From: Escherichia coli
Lineage (GTDB): Bacteria > Pseudomonadota > Gammaproteobacteria > Enterobacterales > Enterobacteriaceae
Strand: one strand, 5' to 3'
NCBI GenBank assembly: GCA_009729775.1
Contig: GCA_009729775.1_4081.1
DNA length: 64,000 nucleotides
Positions within the stretch are counted from its first letter, which is position 1. The number at the start of each line of letters is the position of its first letter. A program made the translations under genes and the position numbers. The notes under the pieces were generated by a model that saw nothing but the letters and a program-made list of their open reading frames with translations, was not told the origin of the DNA and did no database searches. Positions 11,601-20,182 of this stretch are shown here, in pieces.

Positions 11601-12676
11601 GATCTATTAATAGCTTAACTGAAGCAGAAATAGTTGACAATGACCTATCTGATGGTGATAAGGTGATGATTTTCACTCCTGATGGTGAAGATTTTGTGAG
11701 ATATCAAAATCACACATGGGAAACAATCTTGCGTGTATCTAACATCAAAAACAATACAACTCCGATCCTATTCACTGTAAGAAATACAGGTAAAGAAACG
11801 ATTGAATTGATTGATGAGAGTACTGGTGCAGTTCTCCGTTATGATAATATCACTCTTGCACAACAAAATGAGCCAGTACAGCCTCTTGCATTGAACATTG
11901 TTCGTGTTAGAACATTTGCTGACCCAGAATTTGTGAAGAATGGTATCAAATTGTACGAACAAAATAGAAATTACACAATTGATGTAATTAATTATGATGT
12001 TTTCTACGATACTACTTTAAATGGTGGTAAGTACAATGACGGAATAACACCAGATGACGTTGACGTTTGGATAATCTCTAACGAAATATTTGATGTTGAT
12101 GGAATTACTATCGACAACGGTTATAACCTACCAATTACTGGTGCGGGAGTTCTTAGTGAATTAGCAAGAACTAAAATGACTGATAGTTTAGAAATCAACG
12201 TTATTGAATATGATTCAAGTGTTATTCAACCGTTTAGAAATAATGAAGGTATATGGGTTTATGGATATCCAATGGTTGACGGTATGTACATCGGTGTTGT
12301 TGGTGGCACGGTTACTAACATCACAACCATTAGTGAAGAAAATACAACCTATGTTTCTCAACCTAAATCAATAAGTCCTTATAGTATTAGAAATAATGTT
12401 TTATCCGGTTCTGCCGCGAACATGAATGATATTATATCGATTGGATATGAAAAAGTTGAAGTTAGAAATGCAAATAATTTACTCCGTGGAGTAATGTATA
12501 GTGCAGAACATGATTTTAAACTTAATACTACATATTCATTCAATGGAATTAATTTAGGTAATTATGATATGTTAAAACGTTACACACAAAATAGTTACAC
12601 TATAGATCTTTCAGTATACACTGATAGTCTACAAGTTAGTGGTAATGATATTAAAAATATATTATTAGTTAAGTAA
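2675..12676 (+). CDS. giant virion-associated protein (3333 aa in ORF track)
   Basis: Uninterrupted 10-kb ORF. The likely true start is the ATG at 2705 (MTNNFKF...), 7 nt after a GGAG motif. Its position between structural genes suggests a tail/baseplate or fibre component; no motif recognised. Confidence 0.85.
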   Translation: MNERIIWSPKMTNNFKFQPTQMAEAVQKKLFIKRLPEWMQGLEDIQKVSDDVIQQWFNPAENELVDGYIGDMGSPAAAGNIFLHESTVARQLYQLSTAYVSKNDDSTIRSIQFYDDLVGYMNHYGALTDNESRLFNGKFYAWTPAINPNKMNNFSSYLWDTKNSYNITSPDYIVMERGALNGNTWSLQNFWYTLGETLEDGSILTEELMQDSRFIRARAPIIEYNKNIELINYGTKFRGTVDLFSDIIKPEDIVQKDINSGIRIDGIIPQDGMRILFTSIGNNGENNRIYNVYVKKMQDGTRVYGLALDPEEETESRPSGEPQDGDVVLITKGNEYGNSSMYWNGSLWVRAQSKTSVNVFPKFQLYDRNGIKLDNSTTYPSSNFKGSELFGFKINYNYATDSVYGYNIELGDYNYYIYENFLQSQRYTYDHLGKEVEIDGLYYYNIIDENNEMNLQTDWVRSEEYSKQFVKQTPQVQRTDMYRVFSTVYDMEVFKEPVDGMYAYVIEVDRTYQYYKADRETYLDWHPITGDGVQIVKYDHTFELAQKVLDNDSDIIEVVVDGVDVSKYTKNVSKGQVQSITLDSTVELDEDSVIQIRTYSSTVTPDKELGAYEVPINLQNNPYNSNIIYINQGDYTLHFQDIIQKNITRGSSDDFNDYEERLAKGLVNNGVGTKIIQNEASMLPLMAHTANEDIDLFEATMFMQSEYFRFINKFNTQMLRMYDENPSDFLQNSAANIVDAILTTINMGRDSSFPFYYDNVGSTSGFIRAFIPPTPQFLGILQAYVPEKATFLTAGSKPSCYNISHTGIISKAYRVINGVDKMDDVVYELENRIFNSIDNKFKDVDYVPVLNSDDLFPTPYFTKTEYSAEEKQTLLLRGYINFTATNGISNSTHDYDPNNWRTWNYTGTYYVVNGQSTEIPARGSWRAIYTDQYGTYRPATHPWEMFGFTQRPTWWNQEYEPTAVQVGERDSDVVYVYEALVMNEQGDLVPSGLWDIDGTIGDSSTGTILFGDRRGQYDKYKRFGVQPFKITKTGNKTSSGIDICVVEYIAPEILGLVSGSLNHRAEPWTYGDMGDMEFTYMNTTLFAYDQMMLLYKAKPAQFANYFWDTRNDNLKEVFTDGSQFLYGDTRKRINFDKNTVVHGENSTRTIGYQMFVSDHLMYQNKNITTKYGDVVRSSYINVGHKIGGFTKADQLTFNAKSFGLISQENQTIGLVRSNNIRDEQMSAIKITWNGSAYQIDGYDLVGAKFKYKLPVKNGRKVTLKLENRNVVHYNEWKSEASIEYGKVFNSYQEVYTFICGYGEYLKEHGWIFEDVNDSGAQQDWNTIAKDFVIWSQNSLVTGEFISCTPSAANAKFGADFGSVQSITQNNGGVWSLLDDNNQGIRQYEIETSRIGNIFTVRTLESNKRIALIRLSLCSYEHAVIFDDKTIFGDYIYQPTYGSIQELIKMYGYITGSWTGRLQAPGFIILEAGTLPSFEKLVSDFQHYYDSETPVSDVQLQELSNHLIGYQSRDYLQRMISSDVSRVDFYKGFIHDKGTNQVLERVLRVSKSYDTDEYKALQEWAFKIGTYGNIDGKKNLQFKLINDQFKQQPQMVSFDVNATSNGNGNHIVYFGEQGKDPRWITRPNGKFSFPMRSGRSENIQLPDIGPVTLDEVSYTTKDFSTAYNDRITYTNGKGENPESVWMFKDGNGLWNIFELVDTNVQMVSITPIENTDVYAEQFCKVTLTDNVPLEDGDYYYFVDETNFMPDTLTVESQYYTAGSDPKVMVVPFDTSIDIEFTDPDTRPRLYRYVSRFASTDERQAYIDKKYSFKAPQSTLFDRPTTYDERTNITELYLNVYDPINGVIPGAAMQNVTYTSPVDPAQYNSNGELIQAWGADKVGQVWWNTSTAFYLDYTRAIYDADGNVDIDATNEYKRYNWGRLLPHSTIDVLEWVCSPVEPYNWDKYCKDVAKKNKNNTMYLPSGTALEDNYSTFLEYDSSTDSYVTKYYFWVRDTIYVPPLHTRTKSCTDIARIIKDPTQLNIPWFAPINENSFILSNMQFKVNDDTSILTVSYYMDSTEVVKHDQYQLCKEGDSYNFNPLIWDSMWNSLIGQETTESGSVINLLYPDVDNGLGSNKTWFQNVIEARRNFVESANNYYRSQNITTNSVVMEDVFNVKTTEVNPNEVSFRVLSYNNELVIAVESDKFKENDAVILSTSGYLPNPLTSSAVYFIHFDENGYIQLMNSPANAGSVVTITLENKGEGQHKMIKQSDYVESLGTSLDMTQYWSYADWYDVGYDSNTTYTQESSLEDANTKNYQVGDIIRVTDSENIWTLYIKSQSRDSIYWKAIGRENSTVELNDMLYADYSVHNDNGSLSNREINVRKALALLKNSFDLHQSEIVFDMVKYVHVEQSVVDWVFKTSYIYIVGLEQSLVQNYSNDNLINQIVEYFEEVKPYRTKIRSQIEQKTSDDDLIKGLCNDLDPNGYIFVDGSWIKTEKDIWDYEYAQFNEITQKWEQVGSLPSDFVTPNRRFQEIDIIMHYDNIQCKPNEDLASINELVSVNNKYQSNEKDAVSNYELQRYIYSFPEYSEETFDLLIAYQMQIYYPELDVTLGTAYGVNQWYKDHAEDLEATDEFTATLERVYKESTQNDMFTDLRQYVQYNTLANRLKLYKDISDEKIHDEVGCGFSGLTYNDNPSTRLPLGFSSSNDYNYGYFEISSELYQKYISLIKDKNPDASDYEVKVKLEVEYGVYVYRYDEVGGDTRFYTDAIHVLAGMRGLFDKDATDKYEKAEEILSKTPIDIYAITMIPRKYVYLNVNGVYQSIPDEQSIDDFMEDYFITNGEMIELAEINLDDLPLDQNNPMYSDYQYILDSITEAKYFNDMNAFDNLALESQTSSIKWEVKDDEVDPYIVDISDINPSGRDVGQIRFTVDGYGFDNVSLVQLRDNSRYQTEGMAIINPYKHTEAIVSIPSYAKIENDINKTTSKFDEKYFYRVRSINSLTEAEIVDNDLSDGDKVMIFTPDGEDFVRYQNHTWETILRVSNIKNNTTPILFTVRNTGKETIELIDESTGAVLRYDNITLAQQNEPVQPLALNIVRVRTFADPEFVKNGIKLYEQNRNYTIDVINYDVFYDTTLNGGKYNDGITPDDVDVWIISNEIFDVDGITIDNGYNLPITGAGVLSELARTKMTDSLEINVIEYDSSVIQPFRNNEGIWVYGYPMVDGMYIGVVGGTVTNITTISEENTTYVSQPKSISPYSIRNNVLSGSAANMNDIISIGYEKVEVRNANNLLRGVMYSAEHDFKLNTTYSFNGINLGNYDMLKRYTQNSYTIDLSVYTDSLQVSGNDIKNILLVK

Positions 12677-12680
12677 TAAA

Positions 12681-12712
12681 AAAGGAGAGCAATATGCTCT
12701 CCTTTTCTTTTT
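12681..12712. terminator. bidirectional intrinsic terminator between convergent genes
   Basis: GGAGAGC-aatat-GCTCTCC hairpin flanked by an A-run upstream and a T-run downstream, between the giant ORF (+) and the clpA-like gene (-). Confidence 0.65.
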
Positions 12713-15000
12713 TATGCCAGTGCTTTATCTACAGCTTTGGAACGTTTCGGTTTAATACCGATTTTACCATCAATAACATCAAATGTAATGTTACCACCAT
12801 TCACAAGTGAACCACACAACATTTCTTTAGCTAGTGGTACACGAATGTTTTGTTCAATGGTACGTTTCATTGGACGTGCACCCATACCAACTTTTACCCC
12901 ATTTTTCGCAAGCCATTCACGTGCAGCTTTTGTCAATGTAACTTTAACATTACGGTCTTTGACTTGTTCATTCAAACCACCCATGAACTTATCAATGATG
13001 CTGTCAATAGCTTCACTGCTTAGGTCTTTAAACGTAACGATACTATCAATACGGTTAATAAACTCTGGTGGCAAGAATGCTTTAATTGCCTTGTCCTGTG
13101 CAGTGTCACTACCGCTCATACCAATGCTACGCTTTGTTGAATCAGCCGCACCAAGGTTTGTAGTCATAATAACAGTTACGTTATTAAAATATACAGTTTT
13201 ACCTTGAGAACCAGTCAGACGACCTTCATCCAAAACCTGTAGGAAGGTTAGTAGTACTTTACGATCTGCTTTTTCAATTTCATCAAGTAACAGTACTGCA
13301 TTAGGGAACTGCTCAATTTTATCCAACAGTAAACCGTTACCAGAATCATGACCAACATAACCTGGAGGTGAACCAATTAGTTTAGAAACAGTATGTTCTT
13401 GAGAAAATTCTGACATATCAAAGCGAATGAGTTCCGCACCAGTTGCGTCTGCTAATGCTTTGGTAATTTCTGTTTTACCAGTACCAGATGGTCCAACAAA
13501 CATAAATGCACCCTGAACACTAGATTTGTCACGCAGTCCTGCACGAGCTACCATCACGTTATCAACTAATTTTTGAATAGCTTCCTCTTGACCGTATACA
13601 CGTGAGCGTAGTGCATCTGGTAGATTACGCATACGATCACTTTCAGTACATGCAACCACGTTGATATCCAAATTGGCAATACCAGCAACAACTTCTTGAA
13701 TCAAATTGGCAGTAATAAGCTTACTATTGTTGTCACGTGAACGAACTTTTGCAGCAGCAGCGTCCATTAGATCAATTGCTTTATCTGGGAAGTGCTTATT
13801 CTTCAGGAATTTATCACTGAGAGAAATTACAGCATCCATTGCATCAGATGTGAACTCAACATTATGGAATTTTTCATACGTTGGTTTCAAACCATTAACA
13901 ATTGCACGAGTTTCATCAATTGACGGCTCAACTACATCAATTTTCATAAAACGACGAGTTAATGCACTATCTTTCTCGATATTTTTACGATATTCATCAT
14001 ATGTTGTTGCACCAATTACACGAATCTCACCACGTGAAAGTGCTGGCTTAAGCATATTGCTCATATCCATAGAACCATTACTTGCGGAACCAGCCCCAAC
14101 CATAATATGAATTTCATCAATGAAAACAATAGTATTTTCACGTTTCTTTAGTTCTTTTAGCAAATTGTCGATGCGTTCTTCAAATTCACCACGATACTTA
14201 GTACCAGCAGTCAATGCACCAACATTTAGTGAAAGAATTTCAACGTCTTTCAGGTGTTCAGGTACGTTACCATCAGCAATAGCTTGTGCAAGCCCGTCGA
14301 TGATTTGTGTTTTACCTACACCAGCTTCACCAGTGAGAATAGCATTCTTTTTGGTTTTGCGAGCAAGAGTCTCAATCAATGCAGACAATTCTTTCTGGCG
14401 ACCAATCATAGGATCTAGTTTGCCTTCTTTTGCAAGAGCAGTTAGATTCGTTGTATAGTCTTCCAAACCTTTTTGTTTAGATGATTGCTGCTGTTGAGCC
14501 ACTTTTTTATCTCCAATCGGTTCGTCATTAATACTTTGTAAGTTGATACCCTTATCAAGTGACTCAACGTGTTTTTGCAATGCACGTGCAGCTTCAGTAC
14601 AGCTAACACCTTCTTCTTTTAACGCAGCTTCTAGTGCTGTGTTAGGGAAAGACAGACATTCGAATAGAACAAAATATGCATCAATCGAAAAATCATCACT
14701 TTTTAGTTGTTCAATAACTGATTTTTTAGAAAGCTCATGTACAACGCGATTCACTAGAAGTGAAGTTCGATTCGCGTCTTCATCTTTAACACTTTTTGGT
14801 GCATGTGGAACTGTTGTATTTTTAAGATAGTTCATCAGGCGGTTGTGCAGTTTGTCTGCATCAATGTTCATATCTTCAAATACGTTCTTGATGCTATCAA
14901 TAGTCAGTACTGTGGCACTTACGTGGTCAATAGTCAAGAATGTATGACCTAGAGATGTTGCCAGTTCGTCGCTTTTTTTGAACAATTGAGTAAGATTCAT
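12712..15000 (-). CDS. clpA: ClpA-like two-ring AAA+ unfoldase (Clp ATPase)
   Basis: Clp N-domain, D1 Walker A GEAGVGKT and D2 Walker A GPSGTGKT, Walker [10 protein letters not shown], no ClpB middle domain. A loop KRSIGMSG sits where ClpA carries its ClpP-docking IGL tripeptide. ORF track begins at GTG 15021; probable start is the ATG at 15000, 5 nt after AGGAG. Confidence 0.85.
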   Translation of the reverse strand: MNLTQLFKKSDELATSLGHTFLTIDHVSATVLTIDSIKNVFEDMNIDADKLHNRLMNYLKNTTVPHAPKSVKDEDANRTSLLVNRVVHELSKKSVIEQLKSDDFSIDAYFVLFECLSFPNTALEAALKEEGVSCTEAARALQKHVESLDKGINLQSINDEPIGDKKVAQQQQSSKQKGLEDYTTNLTALAKEGKLDPMIGRQKELSALIETLARKTKKNAILTGEAGVGKTQIIDGLAQAIADGNVPEHLKDVEILSLNVGALTAGTKYRGEFEERIDNLLKELKKRENTIVFIDEIHIMVGAGSASNGSMDMSNMLKPALSRGEIRVIGATTYDEYRKNIEKDSALTRRFMKIDVVEPSIDETRAIVNGLKPTYEKFHNVEFTSDAMDAVISLSDKFLKNKHFPDKAIDLMDAAAAKVRSRDNNSKLITANLIQEVVAGIANLDINVVACTESDRMRNLPDALRSRVYGQEEAIQKLVDNVMVARAGLRDKSSVQGAFMFVGPSGTGKTEITKALADATGAELIRFDMSEFSQEHTVSKLIGSPPGYVGHDSGNGLLLDKIEQFPNAVLLLDEIEKADRKVLLTFLQVLDEGRLTGSQGKTVYFNNVTVIMTTNLGAADSTKRSIGMSGSDTAQDKAIKAFLPPEFINRIDSIVTFKDLSSEAIDSIIDKFMGGLNEQVKDRNVKVTLTKAAREWLAKNGVKVGMGARPMKRTIEQNIRVPLAKEMLCGSLVNGGNITFDVIDGKIGIKPKRSKAVDKALA

Positions 15001-15040
15001 GTATTCTCCTATGTGATTCACGTCACTCTAATTAATAAAC

Positions 15041-15068
15041 ATTATATCACATTCTTACGGTTTGTCTA
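15041..15068 (-). promoter_or_regulatory. sigma70-like promoter (TAGACA-N16-TGaTATAAT) for the clpA-like gene
   Basis: Minus-strand reading gives a -35 TAGACA, 16-nt spacer and extended -10 TGATATAAT about 35 nt upstream of the SD/ATG. Confidence 0.5.
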
Positions 15069-15110
15069 CAAGGTAAATAAAGATATACCCGATTTATTTT
15101 GGAGACAAAC

Positions 15111-16604
15111 ATGACATATAGAATGTGGAAAAAAGGGAGAACCAATGATTACAAGTTCATTGATTCTGCCATTGCTGAACAATACAACATTGGTGGAGTT
15201 GACATGTGGCTTTATGCATATGTCGGTCCAAAACAAGTTGCTGACAACACTGACTTATCCTATGGAGGTGATTATACATCTTCAGGATCAGTTGTGTCAA
15301 GTATTGGCGATTTAATTTTTGGTGACACACCAAACAGAAACTACAACCTTGAAGCTATCACACTTAGTTGTGTCTATCAAGTTCAAGAAGCAACTCCAGA
15401 CTTGAAAATCCCAGGATTGTTCTTTAATTTCAACACTATGGACATCACAATCCATTATAATACAATGATGCAGCGTTTAGGTAGAAAAATCATGCCAGGG
15501 GATGTGATAGAACTACCAAATTTACGTGATTTTGATGTATTGGGTAAAGATACAGGTCTAAACCGCTTCTATGTCGTCCAAGATGCATTTCGTACATCTG
15601 AGGGATACTCGGTTACGTGGCAACATCACATTTATAAACTTAGAGTTAAACCGCTAACCGACTCACCTGAGTACTCCGATTTACTCGGTAACAATAATTA
15701 TCCTGATAATCCAGATGACCCTAATAATGGTAATGGAAATACCGATGATGGTTCGTCGGAAAACAGTAACTATGGCAATGAAATGGATATCATGAACCGT
15801 ATCATCATGCAAGCTGATGATGAAGTACCCTATATTCATTATACAAATGAACATTTGTATGATGATCGACCTGATACAGTAGATTTATCAAAATATATGC
15901 TTAACGGTTATGATTTTCCAGAAGAACCTGCCGATGGAATGTATTTTTTGAAAAAAACATACCCAGTACTCAAAGAGTTTGTTAATGATACATGGATTTC
16001 TGTGGAAGTCAAGCGTGGAACCATCTTTCCCAGAAAACCAATGGATGGTGACTTCTTCTTTAAAGAAAATGACGCAGATGTGACAGGTTATACGTTGTAT
16101 CAATATGATAAAAGTGCTAAAAAATGGTTAAATTGTGATGTAGAATATACTACCAGTGATGTTCCACCAGAAGATGTGGAAGATTTTTGTATTTTTTATA
16201 AAGAACCACACATTTATCAGTATAATGATGACAAGTGGGGGGAACCAAAGGTAACTTATGTCAATGAACCATTCACGTCCAATTGTGTATATGGTAATAT
16301 TGATTCGCAACAAGATTATCGTCCTAAAATTCCACCAGCACGAGGTACAGTCCCTGAAGGAAATATGTTCCCAACTGATGCAGTAGATGGTGACTATTTC
16401 TATCGCACCGATTATACTCCAGTTACGTTATGGGAATTCAATGCAACTAAGAATTCATGGGTTATTTTTGATTATGGTGGAAGAAAACCGTGGGAAGGTG
16501 CAGACTTAGCACTTACACAGTTTGTAAATAGTGATAACAAAGTTCCATTACATGACGCAGTTAAACCTAATACTGTTTATCGCATACATAAGGACACAGA
16601 ATGA
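15111..16604 (+). CDS. virion structural protein (neck or baseplate-like?)
   Basis: ORF track starts at TTG 15099; the ATG at 15111 follows GGAGA by 5 nt. Weak by-eye resemblance to T4-type neck proteins; Asp/Asn-rich low-complexity stretch in the middle. Confidence 0.7.
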   Translation: MTYRMWKKGRTNDYKFIDSAIAEQYNIGGVDMWLYAYVGPKQVADNTDLSYGGDYTSSGSVVSSIGDLIFGDTPNRNYNLEAITLSCVYQVQEATPDLKIPGLFFNFNTMDITIHYNTMMQRLGRKIMPGDVIELPNLRDFDVLGKDTGLNRFYVVQDAFRTSEGYSVTWQHHIYKLRVKPLTDSPEYSDLLGNNNYPDNPDDPNNGNGNTDDGSSENSNYGNEMDIMNRIIMQADDEVPYIHYTNEHLYDDRPDTVDLSKYMLNGYDFPEEPADGMYFLKKTYPVLKEFVNDTWISVEVKRGTIFPRKPMDGDFFFKENDADVTGYTLYQYDKSAKKWLNCDVEYTTSDVPPEDVEDFCIFYKEPHIYQYNDDKWGEPKVTYVNEPFTSNCVYGNIDSQQDYRPKIPPARGTVPEGNMFPTDAVDGDYFYRTDYTPVTLWEFNATKNSWVIFDYGGRKPWEGADLALTQFVNSDNKVPLHDAVKPNTVYRIHKDTE

Positions 16605-17944
16605 AAATAGATTATTATTATGACGGTCAATTTCGCAGAGTACTGAAACATCTTATCAGAGTTTTTGGTGAATTTCAAGTACAAAATGGTATTGATGCTA
16701 ATGGAAACCCAAAATACAAAAAGGTTCCATGTCGCTATGCCGATATTTCAAGAATGGCAGCAGCAATTATAAATGGGAATAGTGAAAATGTTCTCCCATC
16801 AGCACCTATAATGACCATAAGTGTTAATCAACTAAAGTTGGATCGTAAAAATATTCGTTCTAATGCCAACGAAACTATAGTAATGGGGTCTAACAAGTCC
16901 CCTGCTATTAATGAGTACACAAAAGATCTTGACACACAATACAAAATTGTAAGACATAACCCAGTACCTTGGACTTTTACGTTTGATTTGAATATTTGGG
17001 TAACTCAAACTCAAACTAAAATGGAATTATTCGAACAAATCTCAACTTTGTTTGCACCTAGTATACAACTTCAATTATCTGATAACCCGTTAGATTGGAC
17101 ATCGCTTAGTGATGTTGAACTAATAGATTGTCAGTTTTCTACTCGTGGTTTTCCACAAGGAACTGACCCAGATTTGGATATAATGGTTTTAACATTTGAA
17201 ACGACAATATGGTTTTCTTTACCAGCTATTGTTGAAAAACCCAAATTAATCCAACAGATTACTACAAATATTAAAGGTGCTCGTGACGAATTTGATTTTG
17301 AAATGGGAAATTATTCAGATATAATAACAGATGTTTTTACACCCAAGAATTTATGCATTAAAGTTGAAGAAATTACTAATTCCAAGTATAATTTACCTGA
17401 TACATACCAACTTACCTTGGTTAGCCAATCGCTATCTGCGGTTTCTCCCAACGGTGGAATATATTCATGGGAAAAATATCTTAAATATCTAGAACCAAAT
17501 TTTGATGACAAAAAAGTAGGGATTAAATTTCAACAATCTATTGAAGAAGACAACCCACTAAAAGGTCATATAGCGTCGTATGGTGAAAATGAAGATGCCA
17601 ACAAAATTATAGTACAGCTTGATAATACCAATTATACTGTTGATTACACTATACATGGGTTTGTGCAGAAAGATTCAGTACTTTCAAGTGCATTACCTGA
17701 ACAATATTATGTAAATAACAGTATACATAACATCATTTATAAAGAAACCGAAATCCCATCAAATTATTTGTTTAAAATTACAAATGACGGTGCACAATTA
17801 ATTGATCCATCTACTGTACGAAATTACATTTATAATAAAGAAGACAATGGTTATTATAGATATAATGACAAATTTAAATGGCATAAAAGTATCATGCCTG
17901 TGTATCGTCAGGGATATTGGAAAATAACTTTCACTGACAAATAA
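16601..17944 (+). CDS. hypothetical virion structural protein
   Basis: ATGA start/stop overlap with the upstream gene (translational coupling), AAGGA SD; 447 aa. Confidence 0.7.
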   Translation: MKIDYYYDGQFRRVLKHLIRVFGEFQVQNGIDANGNPKYKKVPCRYADISRMAAAIINGNSENVLPSAPIMTISVNQLKLDRKNIRSNANETIVMGSNKSPAINEYTKDLDTQYKIVRHNPVPWTFTFDLNIWVTQTQTKMELFEQISTLFAPSIQLQLSDNPLDWTSLSDVELIDCQFSTRGFPQGTDPDLDIMVLTFETTIWFSLPAIVEKPKLIQQITTNIKGARDEFDFEMGNYSDIITDVFTPKNLCIKVEEITNSKYNLPDTYQLTLVSQSLSAVSPNGGIYSWEKYLKYLEPNFDDKKVGIKFQQSIEEDNPLKGHIASYGENEDANKIIVQLDNTNYTVDYTIHGFVQKDSVLSSALPEQYYVNNSIHNIIYKETEIPSNYLFKITNDGAQLIDPSTVRNYIYNKEDNGYYRYNDKFKWHKSIMPVYRQGYWKITFTDK

Positions 17945-17957
17945 AGGAGGTGTTGTT

Positions 17958-18422
17958 ATGAATGAAGCGGTTGGTGCTATATTTTTATCAAAAAGTACTG
18001 GACATATGATGTTAAACTTGCGTTCTGAAAGAAGTACCTATTCTAACAACTGGGCATTTGTTGGTGGAAAGCTTGAACATAACGAAACACCACTACAAGG
18101 TCTGATGCGAGAAATTAAAGAAGAGTTGGGCAACTCAATACCTAACATTATTGATATTATACCGTTTGATGTATTTTGTACAAAAAATGGTAAATTTAAA
18201 TATTATTCATTTGTTATTGTAGTTGAGAATGAATTTGTACCAACTTTAAATCATGAAAGCTCTGGTTATGCTTGGGTTAGAATTGGTTCTTGGCCTAAAC
18301 CATTACACCCTGGTGCTAAAAATACTTTACTTAACACAAACTTAATGAAAGATTTTTACTCACTATGGGAAAGTATACGTGAAGGTACACAGTTTGTCAA
18401 CAGTTTACCATATAGATATTAA
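17958..18422 (+). CDS. Nudix hydrolase
   Basis: Nudix box GGKLEHNETPLQGLMREIKEELG (Gx5Ex7REUxEExGU); AAGGAGG SD. Confidence 0.75.
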   Translation: MNEAVGAIFLSKSTGHMMLNLRSERSTYSNNWAFVGGKLEHNETPLQGLMREIKEELGNSIPNIIDIIPFDVFCTKNGKFKYYSFVIVVENEFVPTLNHESSGYAWVRIGSWPKPLHPGAKNTLLNTNLMKDFYSLWESIREGTQFVNSLPYRY

Positions 18423-18428
18423 AACAAA

Positions 18429-18454
18429 AAGGAGCCGTGTGGCTCCTTTTTTTA
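18429..18454. terminator. bidirectional intrinsic terminator
   Basis: GGAGCC-gtgt-GGCTCC hairpin with an A-run before and T7 after, between the convergent Nudix (+) and fibre-like (-) genes. Confidence 0.6.
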
Positions 18455-19552
18455 TACTCCAATAATCGGAATACCTGTAATATTTAACAACACGGATGCT
18501 TGTAGTTTAACGGATTCACCAGCAGTCAGATTACTAATGCTACCATCAACTCGAAAACCTAAATTTTTATTTGAGTTTAGTGAATTGATAACCCAATTTT
18601 CATAATCAGCTTTAGATGTTCCATTAGGATTTGGGATAGATGGATCTACACCATTAATAACAATATTTACGTCCCAGTTTGGGCGACTACTGGTAATAAC
18701 ATCTTTAATGGATTCTAATTGTGTAATCCTACGTGGGTCTGGCATTTGACTTGCCCCCACCGAACCAGGAACAAAAGTTCCTTGATTATCTACATAAAAT
18801 TGCCCTTTTATAAAAAAGGTTTTGGAATTGTATGGAAGAGAAACTATCTCACCAGAAGAATCATTTACTTCTCTAATCATAATTTTTAATTCATAGAAAT
18901 AGTTGCTACCAAATTCAAAGACACCAGTACCATTAGTTAATGTTGTCCAGTTATTTGTATCTACTTGTGAAGTACCACCTAAGTTAAAATACGCAATCGG
19001 TTTAGTACTATTACTTTGTGTGAACTCTATATATTTTTTACCATTATCATAGTTAATATCTAATAATGATGAATACTCTTTGTTTTCTGGTCTAGATGTT
19101 TGAATTTCACGCCATTCTTTGTTTTTCATTAACACACGAAGAGAATCACCGTTACTAGTTAATACCATACGACCCATAACACTATTTTCACCATCAGGTA
19201 CTGTGTTAAAAACAGTAATCATAGGGATAGACGCCCATTCAGCTTCACTTACCATATCAGCAGGTTGTCTAGCATTATCAACTAATGATATCAATAACTC
19301 ACCAGTACTACCAGTGTTTCTATACCAAAGTTGACCATTGACGTTGCCACGTGGTGCAGATGCTGAACTGAAATTTTCAACTAAATGTAAAAAGTTTTCA
19401 TTCCATGCTTGACCGTAACTTACTTTATTTCTACCAACTAAATTTAACGGAACTGGGTTACTTCCGGGCTGGTTTGGTCCTAAAATAACATTATTTGGAA
19501 TGGTAGCATAAACACTACCATTACTTCTATAAATTGTATAATTAACACTCAT
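18452..19552 (-). CDS. tail fibre-like protein
   Basis: 366 aa. The N-terminus (MSVNYTIYRSNGSVYATIPNNVILGPNQ...) resembles phage fibre N-terminal domains; glycine/asparagine-rich C-terminal part. Confidence 0.6.
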   Translation of the reverse strand: MSVNYTIYRSNGSVYATIPNNVILGPNQPGSNPVPLNLVGRNKVSYGQAWNENFLHLVENFSSASAPRGNVNGQLWYRNTGSTGELLISLVDNARQPADMVSEAEWASIPMITVFNTVPDGENSVMGRMVLTSNGDSLRVLMKNKEWREIQTSRPENKEYSSLLDINYDNGKKYIEFTQSNSTKPIAYFNLGGTSQVDTNNWTTLTNGTGVFEFGSNYFYELKIMIREVNDSSGEIVSLPYNSKTFFIKGQFYVDNQGTFVPGSVGASQMPDPRRITQLESIKDVITSSRPNWDVNIVINGVDPSIPNPNGTSKADYENWVINSLNSNKNLGFRVDGSISNLTAGESVKLQASVLLNITGIPIIGV

Positions 19553-19564
19553 TATATGTCCCCA

Positions 19565-20173
19565 TTATTGTAATTGTACACGAACTGTGTATTTAATTTG
19601 TAAGACACGGTTTGCACTTTTCTCAACTGGGTGAAAAATGATATGGGTTAAAGGAATACCACTATCGCCATCCGTGTACAATCCCAATTCATCAAATACA
19701 TAAGTTCCATCCATGCTTGTCCCTGAGCTTACACCTTGGTCGGATGGTTCACCTAACCCTAGAGTACAAATACATACAATATCAGTATAGGACTGTCCTG
19801 GTATATGTACAGTTGTAATATTATTGTATTGTGAATCAATACCTGCCGTAATTCGTGGGTTGATTTTTTTCAAATATGTTTGTGAATACAAACCACCAAA
19901 TGATGTAACACGTGGTTTTTTATAAGTAACACGACCAGTACTTAAAACTACTGTACCACCATTACCAAAACGCATCTCGCTAATAGAACCAATAGGAATA
20001 CCAGTACTGTCTTGATTATATGCTAACGCATTAGCAATGGCAGTACTCATATTTTCAGGGTGAATAGCGTTAGATTTATCTAAAACGATTTTTTGATTTG
20101 ATGGATCAGTAACGTCAGTAATTAGGACATGACCTTTAACAAATAGTTTTGGTTGTTCTGTTTCTAATTTCAT
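19565..20173 (-). CDS. hypothetical structural protein
   Basis: 202 aa, AAGGAT SD, tightly packed with the flanking fibre-like genes. Confidence 0.6.
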   Translation of the reverse strand: MKLETEQPKLFVKGHVLITDVTDPSNQKIVLDKSNAIHPENMSTAIANALAYNQDSTGIPIGSISEMRFGNGGTVVLSTGRVTYKKPRVTSFGGLYSQTYLKKINPRITAGIDSQYNNITTVHIPGQSYTDIVCICTLGLGEPSDQGVSSGTSMDGTYVFDELGLYTDGDSGIPLTHIIFHPVEKSANRVLQIKYTVRVQLQ

Positions 20174-20182
20174 TTCTAATCC

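Noticed and set aside
12737-14830. Four + strand ORFs (95-156 aa) inside the clpA-like gene
   Set aside because: Antisense shadow frames with low-complexity Ser/Leu-rich translations and no RBS; the ClpA frame on the minus strand has unambiguous Walker motifs.
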